Part shown: one piece after another, positions 27,290 to 38,747 of the stretch | How positions within the stretch are numbered: position 1 is the stretch's first letter | Layout: each line of letters starts with the position of its first letter | Assembly: GCA_002269645.1 (NCBI GenBank) | Contig: NIVC01000587.1 | Coordinates: 124,001 to 188,000 of the forward strand | DNA: 64,000 nucleotides | DNA from: Macrostomum lignano | Lineage: Eukaryota | Reading direction: 5' to 3' | The notes under the pieces: model-generated | Told to the model about the DNA's origin: nothing | Seen by the model: the letters and a program-made list of their open reading frames with translations, nothing else | The model's database searches: none | Position numbers and translations under genes: made by a program

Positions 27290-28328
27290 TGTAATTAGTC
27301 TATGATCAAGACAAGCGAGAATGCAATTAGTCTATGACCAAGACAAGCGAGAATGCAATTAGTCTATGACCAAGACAAGCGAGAATGCAATTAGTCTATG
27401 ACCTAGACAATTGAAACTGTAATGATTATATGACCTACACAAGCGAGAGTGTAATTAGTCTATGACCTAGACAAGCGAGAGTGTAATTAGTCTATGACCT
27501 ACACAAGCGAGAGTGCAATTAGTCTATGACCTACACAAGCAAGATTGTAATTAGTCTATGACCTAGACAAGCGAGAGTGTAATTAGTCTATGACCTACAC
27601 AAGCAAGATTGTAATTAGTCTATGACCTAGACAAGCGAGAGTGTAATTAGTCTATGACCTACACAAGCAAGATTGTAATTAGTCTATGACCTACACAAGC
27701 AAGAGTGTAATTAGTCTATGACCTAGACAAGCGAGAGTGTAATTAGTCTATGACCTACACAAGCAAGATTGTAATTAGTCTATGACCTAGACAAGCGAGA
27801 GTGTAATTAGTCTATGACCTACACAAGCAAGATTGTAATTAGTCTATGACCTAGACAAGCGAGAGTGTAATTAGTCTATGACCTACACAAGCGAGAGTGT
27901 AATTAGTCTATGACCTACACAAGCAAGAGTGTAATTAGTCTATGACCTAGACAAGCGAGAGTGTAATTAGTCTATGACCTACACAAGCAAGATTGTAATT
28001 AGTCTATGACCTAGACAAGCGAGAGTGTAATTAGTCTATGACCTACACAAGCAAGATTGTAATTAGTCTATGACCTAGACAAGCGAGAGTGTAATTAGTC
28101 TATGACCTACACAAGCGAGAGTGTAATTAGTCTATGACCTACACAAGCAAGATTGTAATTAGTCTATGACCTACACAAGCGAGAGTGTAATTAGTCTATG
28201 ACCTACACAAGCGAGAGTGTAATTAGTCTATGACCTAGACAAGCGAGAGTGTAATTAGTCTATGACCTACACAAGCGAGAGTGTAATTAGTCTATGACCT
28301 ACACAAGCGAGAGTGTAATTAGTCTATG
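27290..28328. repeat. 32-bp minisatellite
   Basis: GTAATTAGTCTATGACCTACACAAGCGAGAGT, about 32 copies. Confidence 0.97.
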
Positions 28329-28699
28329 AACTGGCCACAATCAAAAATAAGATCGAGTATCTCACATAGAACAGATGCTTCACAAATAAGCAGCCTGTCA
28401 AATTTTCACTCCACTTACGCATTTGTTGTAAACAAATGCTTGAATTCTGCTTGCCTTCAACCTGCTGGCAGTGACGCAGGGGACTAAAAATAAACCAAAA
28501 CCCTTGTGCCTTGTTTTCTTGCCTCAGATTGGCTTGAGAGTTTTCCGCGGGGTTTCTCTGGTATATTTTTGAAAACAACTCTCCGCTGGGGTCGAGGCGG
28601 GGTAGAAATTCTGCTACTCTGCTGTGGCCTTTAAAAGCAATGCAGCTGCTTAATGTAAGAAAGCTTTAACCTCAGCCACTTCAGTAGCAAGTAGACAGC

Positions 28700-29275
28700 A
28701 TGCGTCTTAGCCAGGTGGTTTTCCTGTGCTCACTGCTGCTGCTGCTCACCAGCGCCCAGTCACCGCCCGGGCCCCGCCGGCTGCTCCGCTGTCCCGCCGA
28801 GTTCGCCGTCCTCGTTGAGCCGCTGCCCGACAAGCCAGACGTGCAGCCGGTGCTCACAACCGGCCCCGGTGTCCGGCTGCAGACTGTCCGGTTCCTGCGC
28901 GACTCCAAGCTGCGGCTGGACTCGACCGGCCGACTGTGGCTGAGCGGTGGCACCTCCAGCGGGCCGCACTTCGTGCTGTGCTCCGACACTCAGCACCACG
29001 GCCTCGCCACCTTCTCGCTGTTCGTCAGCCACCAGCCTCCGGGCGACCTGTCATTGTCGTCATCTTCTTTGCAAGCAGACCGGTTTTTAGTTGACGGCAA
29101 GACCACCAAAATTGCCTTGGCCGCAGTCGGAGTCCTCGCCGCCGTCCTGACGGCCGCCCTGGCCTGCGCGGCTGGACTGCGGGATCGGCGAGTTCGCAGC
29201 CAGAGCGCCCGGCCCTACCGCGACTTTCGACACTTCACCGCGGCGGCGAGCAGAGCTCAGAAACTGCCAGTTTGA
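28700..29275 (+). CDS. intronless type I membrane protein, paralog 1 (191 aa)
   Basis: Signal peptide MRLSQVVFLCSLLLLLTSAQ; shared ~95-aa domain (RCPAEF...LRLDSTGRLWL...LCSD); short stalk; TM; tail ending KLPV. Confidence 0.85.
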   Translation: MRLSQVVFLCSLLLLLTSAQSPPGPRRLLRCPAEFAVLVEPLPDKPDVQPVLTTGPGVRLQTVRFLRDSKLRLDSTGRLWLSGGTSSGPHFVLCSDTQHHGLATFSLFVSHQPPGDLSLSSSSLQADRFLVDGKTTKIALAAVGVLAAVLTAALACAAGLRDRRVRSQSARPYRDFRHFTAAASRAQKLPV

Positions 29276-30053
29276 TTTCTGCGACACGGAATCGATAAAA
29301 GATCGATTTATATCGCCGTTGACAATATTTTGTATGCAACATAATAGACGTATTTTTGTAGCACTTCGTAATGAATTGTCATTTTAATTGTACATGCCGG
29401 AAGTAACTGCTTCACGAATCATTTCTGTGAAATATACTTGGCTTGGCATTCCGTTCAAAACATTGCAAATACAAGCGTTTGTAAGGCCGAAATTATTGAA
29501 AGTTTCTCAGCAATCGGACGTTCCTAGCACTTCATTAAGATTTTTTTGGAAGCTAATGAAAATTTTCGGGCAAAAAACACATTGACGAGATAGGAGTTTG
29601 TTCGACTTTTCAGTATTGAATTATTATGGCGGTTTTAAATGCCTTTGGGACTTTGAAAGGGAAGACATGAAAGGTAATTTCAAAGGCTTTGAAAGGTAAG
29701 AGTGTAACTAACAGTTAAAAAGTTAAACAAAATTTTCTGACGTCAATTGCATCAACCGTTAGTTTAGCTACTAGGAACAAACCGTTGTGACATAAGCAGT
29801 CCGTTCCATGTTCTGCATCAGAAATTAGAACAGATTTGTTACTATTTTTAGATTTACGCAAGATATTCATCCGCTTGTAGTGGCCAATGAGCGCGGCTGG
29901 ATTTCCCGCGGGTAAAGGGCTGGAATTCACGGGGTAGTGCCAGCTTCCAAACCACAAGTATATAGAGGCCCGCTGCAGCTGACACTATTTTATACACCCT
30001 GCCAGGTCTGCGAGAACTCTGACGAATATTTTATTCAACTGTTAGTTTAAATA

Positions 30054-30830
30054 ATGCTCAGCGTCATCAAGCTGCTGGCAGTGTGGCCCCTGCTGCTGCT
30101 GCTTGCCAGCGCCCAGTCACCGCCCGGGCCCCGACGGCTGCTCCGCTGTCCAGCCGAGCTCTCCACCCTCGTGGAGCCGCTGCCCGACAATCCGGACGTG
30201 CAGCCGGTGCTCACGACCGGCCCCGGTGTCCGACTACAGACTGTCCGATTCATGCGGGCCTCCAAACTGAGGCTGGACTCGGCCGGCCGACTGTGGCTGA
30301 TCGGCGGCAACTTCAGCAGGTCGGCTGGCAATCGCTTCAGCGGGCCGCACGTGCTGCTGTGCTCCGACACGAAGCACCGCGGCTTCATCACTTTCTCGCT
30401 GTTCGTCAGAATGGCACCGGACATCACCGAGGTCGACACTTCAGACTCTCTGCCTGAAGCAACCGCGACATCAGCTGCTCCGTCTGCAACCACCAAGACC
30501 TCCGCTGTTCCGTCTACAGCTGTCAAGGCATCAGCCGCTCCGGAGAGGCTCGCCTCCGCTCCCGCCTCCGCCGCCAACCGAGCCGTCAGCCGCATCGACG
30601 ACCCGCTGTTCTGCGCTCTCGCCGCTGCCGTCCTGTTGCTCCTCGCGATCTGCGTCGCTCTCGCCTTCGCCCTTTTAGCCGTCGGCCGTCGCAGCCACCG
30701 TCGCACCACCCAGCGAGGTCTGAAGGGTCCGATCTTCAAACCGATCGTCAAGGGCAGCGCCGAGCCGCTGTTCCAGCAGAGCAAGCCAACTTCGCATGAA
30801 GTCGTGATCCTCGAGCGCGATCAAGTCTAA
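30054..30830 (+). CDS. intronless type I membrane protein, paralog 2 (258 aa)
   Basis: Signal peptide, same ectodomain, S/T/A-rich stalk, TM (LFCALAAAVLLLLAICVALAFALLAV), tail ending RDQV. Confidence 0.87.
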   Translation: MLSVIKLLAVWPLLLLLASAQSPPGPRRLLRCPAELSTLVEPLPDNPDVQPVLTTGPGVRLQTVRFMRASKLRLDSAGRLWLIGGNFSRSAGNRFSGPHVLLCSDTKHRGFITFSLFVRMAPDITEVDTSDSLPEATATSAAPSATTKTSAVPSTAVKASAAPERLASAPASAANRAVSRIDDPLFCALAAAVLLLLAICVALAFALLAVGRRSHRRTTQRGLKGPIFKPIVKGSAEPLFQQSKPTSHEVVILERDQV

Positions 30831-31304
30831 TTGCGATGGTTACTAATGACAGTTTTGCCTAGTCTCTTTCAGTGCTTCATTGACGGCTCAAACTTGTACA
30901 TATCTTTGAGTTCCAGGCGTTCCTTATTGCGAGTATGATTTTATTCATCTGAAATATCATTCAGACTCATTGATGTATTACATTATTATTCTTCTTCTTA
31001 TTAGCTTACACGTTTCCAATCCATACACTACGAGCGTTTATAATACATACTACATACATACAATACTACATACTATAATACATACATACAATATGTATTT
31101 TACGAATGATACATACTGACATTCGTAAAAATGTTTTGTCAGTACCTAACTGATACCCAAGTATGTGATCGATTTCCGAAATATACAACTAATATTCAAT
31201 AATTATCCAGATTTTGCCTTTCTATTGATTTGTTATTCAATTCAACAAGTTGAGGTTAACAAAATCTTTTGTTGGGTAAAACAAGCTTTCGCGCCTCAGA
31301 TATC

Positions 31305-34300
31305 AGCATCCCCCTGTGTCATGGCACCTCAGAATTCCCCTGTGTCATGGCACCTCAGCATTCCCCCTGTGTCATGGCACCTCAGAATTCCCCCTGTGTC
31401 ATGACACCTCAGCATTCCCCCTGTGTCATGACACCTCAGCATTCCCCCTGTGTCATGGCACCTCAGCATTCCCCCTGTGTGATGGCACCTCAGCATTCCC
31501 CTGTGTCATGGCACCTCAGCATTCCCCCTGTGTCATGGCACCTCAGCATTCCCCCTGTGTCATGGCACCTCAGCATTCCCCCTGTGTCATGGCACCTCAG
31601 AATTCCCCCTGTGTCATGACACCTCAGCATTCCCCCTGTGTCATGGCACCTCAGAATTCCCCCTGTGTCATGACACCTCAGCATTCCCCCTGTGTGATGG
31701 CACCTCAGCATTCCCCCTGTGTCATGGCACCTCAGAATTCCCCCTGTGTCATGACACCTCAGCATTCCCCCTGTGTCATGGCACCTCAGAATTCCCCCTG
31801 TGTCATGACACCTCAGCATTCCCCCTGTGTCATGACACCTCAGCATTCCCCCTGTGTCATGGCACCTCAGCATTCCCCCTGTGTCATGGCACCTCAGAAT
31901 TCCCCTGTGTCATGGCACCTCAGCATTCCCCCTGTGTCATGGCACCTCAGCATTCCCCCTGTGTCATGGCACCTCAGAATTCCCCCTGTGTCATGACACC
32001 TCAGCATTCCCCCTGTGTCATGGTACCTCAGCATTCCCCCTGTGTCATGGCACCTCAGCATTCCCCTTGTGTGATGGCACCTCAGCATTCCCCCTGTGTC
32101 ATGGCACCTCAGCATTCTCCCTGTGTCATGGCACCTCAGAATTCCCCCTGTGTCATGACACCTCAGCATCCCCCCTGTGTCATGGCACCTCAGCATTCCC
32201 CCTGTGTGATGGCACCTCAGCATTCCCCCTGTGTTATGGTACCTCAGCATTCCCCCTGTGTCATGGCACCTCAGCATTCTCCCTGTGTCATGGCACCTCA
32301 GCATTCCCCCTGTGTCATGACACCTCAGAATTCCCCCTGTGTCATGGCACCTCAGCATTCCCCCTGTGTCATGACACCTCAGAATTCCCCTTGTGGCATG
32401 ACACCTCAGCATCCCCCCTGTGTCATGGCACCTCAGCATTCCCCCTGTGTGATGGCACCTCAGCATTCCCCCTGTGTCATGACACCTCAGCATTCCCCCT
32501 GTGTCATGGCACCTCAGCATTCCCCTTGTGTGATGGCACCTCAGCATTCCCCCTGTGTCATGGCACCTCAGAATTCCCCCTGTGTCATGACACCTCAGCA
32601 TTCCCCCTGTGTCATGGCACCTCAGAATTCCCCCTGTGTCATGGTACCTCAGCATTCCCCCTGTGTCATGGCACCTCAGAATTCCCCCTGTGTCATGGCA
32701 CCTCAGAATTCCCCCTGTGTCATGGCACCTCAGCATTCCCCCTGTGTCATGGCACCTCAGCATTCCCCCTGTGTGATGGCACCTCAGCATTCCCCCTGTG
32801 TCATGGCACCTCAGCATTCCCCCTGTGTCATGGCACCTCAGAATCCCCCTTGTGTGATGGCACCTCAGCATTCCCCCTGTGTGATGGCACCTCAGCATTC
32901 CCCTGTGTCATGGCACCTCAGCATTCCCCCTGTGTCATGGCACCTCAGCATTCCCCCTGTGTCATGGCACCTCAGCATTCCCCCTGTGTCATGGCACCTC
33001 AGAATTCCCCCTGTGTCATGACACCTCAGCATTCCCCCTGTGTCATGGCACCTCAGAATTCCCCCTGTGTCATGACACCTCAGCATTCCCCCTGTGTCAT
33101 GGCACCTCAGCATTCCCCCTGTGTCATGGCACCTCAGAATTCCCCCTGTGTCATGACACCTCAGCATTCCCCCTGTGTCATGGCACCTCAGAATTCCCCC
33201 TGTGTCATGACACCTCAGCATTCCCCCTGTGTCATGACACCTCAGCATTCCCCCTGTGTCATGGCACCTCAGCATCCCCCTGTGTCATGGCACCTCAGAA
33301 TTCCCCTGTGTCATGGCACCTCAGCATTCCCCCTGTGTCATGGCACCTCAGCATTCCCCCTGTGTCATGGCACCTCAGAATTCCCCCTGTGTCATGACAC
33401 CTCAGCATTCCCCCTGTGTCATGGTACCTCAGCATTCCCCCTGTGTCATGGCACCTCAGCATTCCCCTTGTGTGATGGCACCTCAGCATTCCCCCTGTGT
33501 CATGGCACCTCAGCATTCTCCCTGTGTCATGGCACCTCAGAATTCCCCCTGTGTCATGACACCTCAGCATCCCCCCTGTGTCATGGCACCTCAGCATTCC
33601 CCCTGTGTGATGGCACCTCAGCATTCCCCCTGTGTTATGGTACCTCAGCATTCCCCCTGTGTCATGGCACCTCAGCATTCTTCCTGTGTCATGGCACCTC
33701 AGCATTCCCCCTGTGTCATGACACCTCAGAATTCCCCTTGTGGCATGACACCTCAGCATCCCCCCTGTGTCATGGCACCTCAGCATTCCCCCTGTGTGAT
33801 GGCACCTCAGCATTCCCCCTGTGTCATGACACCTCAGCATTCCCCCTGTGTCATGGCACCTCAGCATTCCCCTTGTGTGATGGCACCTCAGCATTCCCCC
33901 TGTGTCATGGCACCTCAGAATTCCCCCTGTGTCATGACACCTCAGCATTCCCCCTGTGTCATGGCACCTCAGAATTCCCCCTGTGTCATGACACCTCAGC
34001 ATTCCCCCTGTGTCATGGCACCTCAGAATTCCCCTTGTGTGATGGCACCTCAGCATCCCCCCTGTGTCATGGCACCTCAGCATTCCCCCTGTGTCATGGC
34101 ACCTCAGCATCCCCCCTGTGTCATGGCACCTCAGCATTCCCCCTGTGTCATGGCACCTCAGCATCCCCCCTGTGTCATGGCACCTCAGCATTCCCACTGT
34201 GTCATGACACCTCAGCATTCCCCCTGTGTCATGGCACCTCAGAATTCCCCTTGTGTGATGGCACCTCAGCATTCCCCCTGTGTCATGGCACCTCAGCATT

Positions 34301-35150
34301 CCCCCTGTGTGATGGCACCTCAGCATTCCCCCTGTGTCATGGCACCTCAGCATTCCCCCTGTGTCATGGCACCTCAGCATTCCCCCTGTGTCATGGCACC
34401 TCAGCATTCCCCCTGTGTCATGGCACCTCAGCATTCCCCCTGTGTCATGGCACCTCAGCATTCCCCCTGTGTGATGGGACCTCAGAATTCCCCCTGTGTG
34501 ATGGCACCTCAGCATTCCCCCTGTGTGATGGCACCTCAGCATTCCCCCTGTGTCATGACACCTCAGCATTCCCCCTGTGTCATGGCACCTCAGAATTCCC
34601 CCTGTGTGATGGCACCTCAGCATTCCCCCTGTGTGATGGCACCTCAGCATTCCCACTGTGTCATGGCACCTCAGAATTCCCCCTGTGTCATGGCACCTCA
34701 GCATTCCCCCTGTGTCATGGCACCTCAGCATTCCCCCTGTGTCATGGCACCTCAGCATTCCCCCTGTGTCATGGCACCTCAGCATTCCCCCTGTGTCATG
34801 GCACCTCAGCATTCCCCTGTGTCATGGCACCTCAGCATTCCCCCTGTGTCATGGCACCTCAGCATTCCCCCTGTGTCATGGCACCTCAGCATTCCCCCTG
34901 TGTCATGGCACCTCAGCATTCCCCCTGTGTCATGGCACCTCAGCATTCCCCCTGTGTCATGGCACCTCAGCATTCCCCCTGTGTCATGGCACCTCAGCAT
35001 TCCCCCTGTGTCATGGCACCTCAGCATTCCCCCTGTGTCATGGCACCTCAGAATTCCCCCTTTGTGTGATGGCACCTCAGAATTCCCCCTGTGTCATGGC
35101 ACCTCAGAATTCCCCTTGTATAATGGCACCTCAGCATTCCCCCTGTGTGT
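31305..35150. repeat. 27-bp satellite array (~140 monomers)
   Basis: CCTCAGCATTCCCCCTGTGTCATGGCA. This is the source of the MAPQHSPCV / PLCHGTSAF pseudo-ORFs. Confidence 0.98.
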
Positions 35151-35614
35151 TGTACGAACATTACACAGTCGCAATGGGGAGTATTGTACTTAGCGGTAGA
35201 CAGGGGTATGGGGGATTGGGATGTCGGTAGGCACCTGAAATTTTTATCGTTTGCCAAATCTGAAGCATCGTCAAGATCTGATGGACGGGTGGGTATGTCG
35301 AAATTAGGGACTCAAGCTATGCCTTTATCAAGTAGGCAGTTTATAATGGTTGTAAAAGTAAACGTAATAAAAGTAAACTGACAAAAAGTCAACAACGTAA
35401 CCAAGAAACTTCACGCTCTATTGGTGCTTGACAGTAAATTTTAAATTTATGGCAACAGTCAACAACGGATGAAACAATAATGTCAATACAAGCGTAGGTA
35501 AGAGTATGAATACAAATTATCTATAGTTATTAATATATACTTATAAAGTCAGTAATATTGAATCATCTATTTGAGTACTTTCGATATTCAAGCCGTATAT
35601 TTTGGCAGGCGTTC

Positions 35615-36225
35615 GAGGCAGATGTTCAGTAGGTGTTCAAGCCAGAAGCTCAGCAGGTGTTCAAGCCAGAAGCTCAGCAGGTGTTCAAGCCAGAAGCTCA
35701 GCAGGTGTTCAAGCCAGATGTTCAGCAGGTGTTCAAGCCAGATTCTCAGCAGGTGTTCAAGCCAGATGCTCAGCAGGTGTTCGAGCCAGATGTTCAGCAG
35801 GTGTTCAAGCCAGAAGCTCAGCAGGTGTTCAAGCCAGATGTTCAGCAGGTGTTCAAGCCAGATGTTCAGCAGGTGTTCAAGCCAGATGTTCAGCAGGTGT
35901 TCAAGCCAGATGTTCAGCAGGTGTTCAAGCCAGATGTTCAGCAGGTGTTCAAGCCAGATGTTCAGCAGGTGTTCAAGCCAGATGCTCAGTAGGTGTTCAA
36001 GCCAGATGCTCAGCAGGTGTTCGAGCCAGATGCTCAGCGGGTGTTCGAGCCAGATGTTCAGCAGGTGTTCGAGCCAGATGTTCAGCAGGTGTTCGAGCCA
36101 GATGTTCAGCAGGTGTTCGAGCCAGATGCTCAGCAGGTCTTTGAGCCAGATTCTCAGCAGGTGTTCGAGCCAGATGCTCAGCAGGTGTTCAAGCCAGATG
36201 CTCAGCAGGTGTTCGAGCCAGATGC
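35615..36225. repeat. 24-bp minisatellite (left arm)
   Basis: GTTCAAGCCAGATGTTCAGCAGGT units. Confidence 0.95.
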
Positions 36226-36274
36226 GCCGGAGGCACCACTTCTAAAACACAGCGTCTTCATTCTCTGACTTCCT

Positions 36275-36354
36275 GTTGCACTGGCGGGAGTCGAACCCGC
36301 GCCAGCTCGTTCGTTCTCAGGACGAGTTGCTCTACCGTTAAGCTACAGTGCAAC
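36275..36354 (-). ncRNA. tRNA-like Pol III unit with enlarged anticodon loop (copy 1)
   Basis: Acceptor TGCACTG/CAGTGCA, D arm GCTT..GAGC, T arm GCGGG-TTCGACT-CCCGC. A and B boxes are present, with an upstream TATAAA and a downstream TTTT. Confidence 0.65.
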
Positions 36355-36695
36355 CGGAACAGTCTGCTCTCAGCTGGACCGATTGAATCACAATTTATAG
36401 CCCAGCTTAGTTGGATAATTCCGGAGTCATGGAAAAGCCACGCCATCCTTTGTGAATTATTGAGCTAAAATTAGCGAGTATTTTAAGGAGGGCCGGCGGG
36501 GAAAGTCGCCTATTTTAAGCTCAAGCCGAATGTAAAGTCGTAGAAGTAATAAAATCGTCACAAGGAACTGGCGGCTCAAGTTGTGTTCACAACTTGCAGC
36601 GGCCACTCAGAGCTGCGGTCTATTTAGAGACAGTTTGTGTGCTAAAAATAGCCGCCACTTAGGCCCGGCTTCACTTGGAGATTAAATCTGTTGAC

Positions 36696-37365
36696 CTGTG
36701 TCATTGTACCTCAGCATTCCCCCTGTGTCATGGCACCTCAGAATTCCCCGTGTGTCATGGCACCTCAGCATTCCCCCTGTGTTATGGTACCTCAGCATTC
36801 CCCTTGTGTGATGGCACCTCAGCATTCCCCCTGTGTTATGGTACCTCAGCATTCCCCCTGTGTTATGGTACCTCAGCATTCCCCCTGTGTTATGGTACCT
36901 CAGCATTCCCCCTGTGTGATGGCACCTCAGCATTCCCACTGTGTCATGGCACCTCAGCATTCTCCCTGTGTCATGGCACCTCAGCATTCTCCCTGTGTCA
37001 TGGCACCTCAGCATTCCCCCTGTGTCATGGCACCTCAGCATTCCCCCTGTGTCATGGGACCTCAGCATTCTCCCTGTGTGATGGCACCTCAGCATTCCCC
37101 CTGTGTCATGGCACCTCAGCATTCCCCCTGTGTCATGGCACCTCAGCATTCTCCCTGTGTCATGGCACCTCAGCATTCTCCCTGTGTGATGGCACCTCAG
37201 CATTCCCCCTGTGTCATGGCACCTCAGCATTCCCCCTGTGTCATGGCACCTCAGCATTCCCCCTGTGTGATGGCACCTCAGCATTCCCCCTGTGTCATGG
37301 CACCTCAGCATTCCCCCTGTGTCATGGCACCTCAGCATTCCCCCTGTGTCAGGGCACCTCAGCAA
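36696..37365. repeat. second block of the 27-bp satellite, in the foldback spacer
   Basis: Same monomer and same orientation as 31305-35150. Confidence 0.97.
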
Positions 37366-37847
37366 TACTGAGATATACTGTAACAAGTCATATAACACCA
37401 TAGTGATATGCTCAATGATTCAGAATTTTGAATACAATAAAAAGTTGAGAGAGAGATAACTTTAATTATTGAAATGTTTTCTGTGTCTTTCAAAAGTAAT
37501 ACCTGTAAAAATGATTCATCTGCTGCAGCAGTACAGATTCAATCTCCAAGTGAAGAGGAGCCCAAGGGGCGGCTATTTTTAGCACATAAACTGTCTCTAA
37601 ATAGACTGCAGCTCTGAGTGGCCGCTTCACGTCTTGAATACAATTATTAAAAGTAATATTACTTCTACGACTGTTACACACAACTAGAGTTTAAAATAGG
37701 CGATTGCCTCTTAAAAAAGGCCCCTCCTTAAAATAGCTCAAATAATTCACAAAGGATGGCGTGGCTTTTCCATGACTCCGGAATTATCCAACTAAGCTGG
37801 GCTATAAATTGTGATTCAAGCAGTCCAGATGAGAGCAGACAGCTAAG

Positions 37848-37928
37848 GTTGCACTGTAGCTTTAGCGGTAGAGCAACTCGTCCTGAGGACGGACGAGCTG
37901 GCGCGGGTTCGACTCCCGCCAGTGCAAC
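37848..37928 (+). ncRNA. tRNA-like Pol III unit with enlarged anticodon loop (copy 2)
   Basis: GT-TGCACTG TA GCTT TAGCGGTA GAGC A ACTCG TCCTGAGGACGGA CGAGC TGGC GCGGG TTCGACT CCCGC CAGTGCA-AC. TATAAA at 37803-37808 and TTTT at 37956-37959. Confidence 0.65.
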
Positions 37929-37977
37929 AGGAAGTCAGAGAATGAAAACCGTGTGTTTTAGAAGTGGTGCCTCCGGC

Positions 37978-38510
37978 GCATCTGGCTCGAACACCTGCTG
38001 AGCATCTGGCTCGAACACCTGCTGAACATCTGGCTTGAACACCTGCTGAGCATCTGGCTTGAACACCTGCTGAGCATCTGGCTCGAACACCTGCTGAACA
38101 TCTGGCTTGAACACCTGCTGAACATCTGGCTCGAACACCTGCTGAGCATCTGGCCTGAATACTTGCTGAGCATCTGGCTTGAACACCTGCTGAACATCTG
38201 GCTCGAACACCTGCTGAACATCTGGCTCGAACACCTGCTGAACATCTGGCTTGAACACCTGCTGAACATCTGGCTCGAACACCTGCTGAACATCTGGCCT
38301 GAATACTTGCTGAGCATCTGGCTTGAACACCTGCTGAACACCTGCTGAGCATCTGGCTTGAAGACCTGCTGAGCATCTGGCTTGAAGACCTGCTGAGCAT
38401 CTGCTGAGCATCTGGCTTGAAGACCTGCTGAGCATCTGCTGAGCATCTGGCTTGAAGACCTGCTGAGCATCTGCTGAACATCTGGCTTGAAGACCTGCTG
38501 AGCATCTGCT
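37978..38510. repeat. 24-bp minisatellite (right arm, inverted)
   Basis: ACCTGCTGAACATCTGGCTTGAAC units. Confidence 0.95.
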
Positions 38511-38747
38511 AGAATATATGGCTTGAATATCTAAAGTATTTTAATAGATTATTCGATTGACAATATTGATAATATAAACATTAGGCATTGTAGATCCACT
38601 GCATTCATATTCTTACCCACACCTGTACTGACTTTTTCGTTTTATCCTTTGATGAATTTTGTAGCTTTTGTTGAATTTTTTGCCACCATACATTCACTGT
38701 CAAACATAGATAGAGCGTGAAGTTTCTGCTTTCGTGTAGTTTCTTTC

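Larger units (their letters stand above)
35554..36691 (-). repeat. left arm of a large inverted duplication
   Basis: Reverse complement of 37533-38567. The same pseudo-ORF MAWLFHDSGIIQLSWAINCDS occurs on opposite strands, and the 24-bp array and tRNA-like unit are shared. Confidence 0.93.
37533..38567 (+). repeat. right arm of the inverted duplication
   Basis: Reverse complement of 35554-36691 with indels. Confidence 0.93.

Noticed and set aside
27290-28328. CRISPR-like array (32-bp period; also 43-bp at 62158)
   Set aside because: Head-to-tail units have no unique spacers, the context is eukaryotic, and there are no cas genes.
31316-35230. Very long ORFs (up to 1071 aa) of MAPQHSPCV / PLCHGTSAF repeats
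   Set aside because: The 27-bp monomer lacks stops in several frames. The ORFs are open on both strands, and single-base deletions shift frames freely. This is a satellite, not a gene.
31305-37365. TEAD (CATTCC), E-box (CAGGTG at 11010 and 35615) and AP-1 (TGAGTCA at 61645) motif clusters in arrays
   Set aside because: Six- and seven-base motifs occur readily in any monomer and are multiplied by tandem duplication. There is no independent support.
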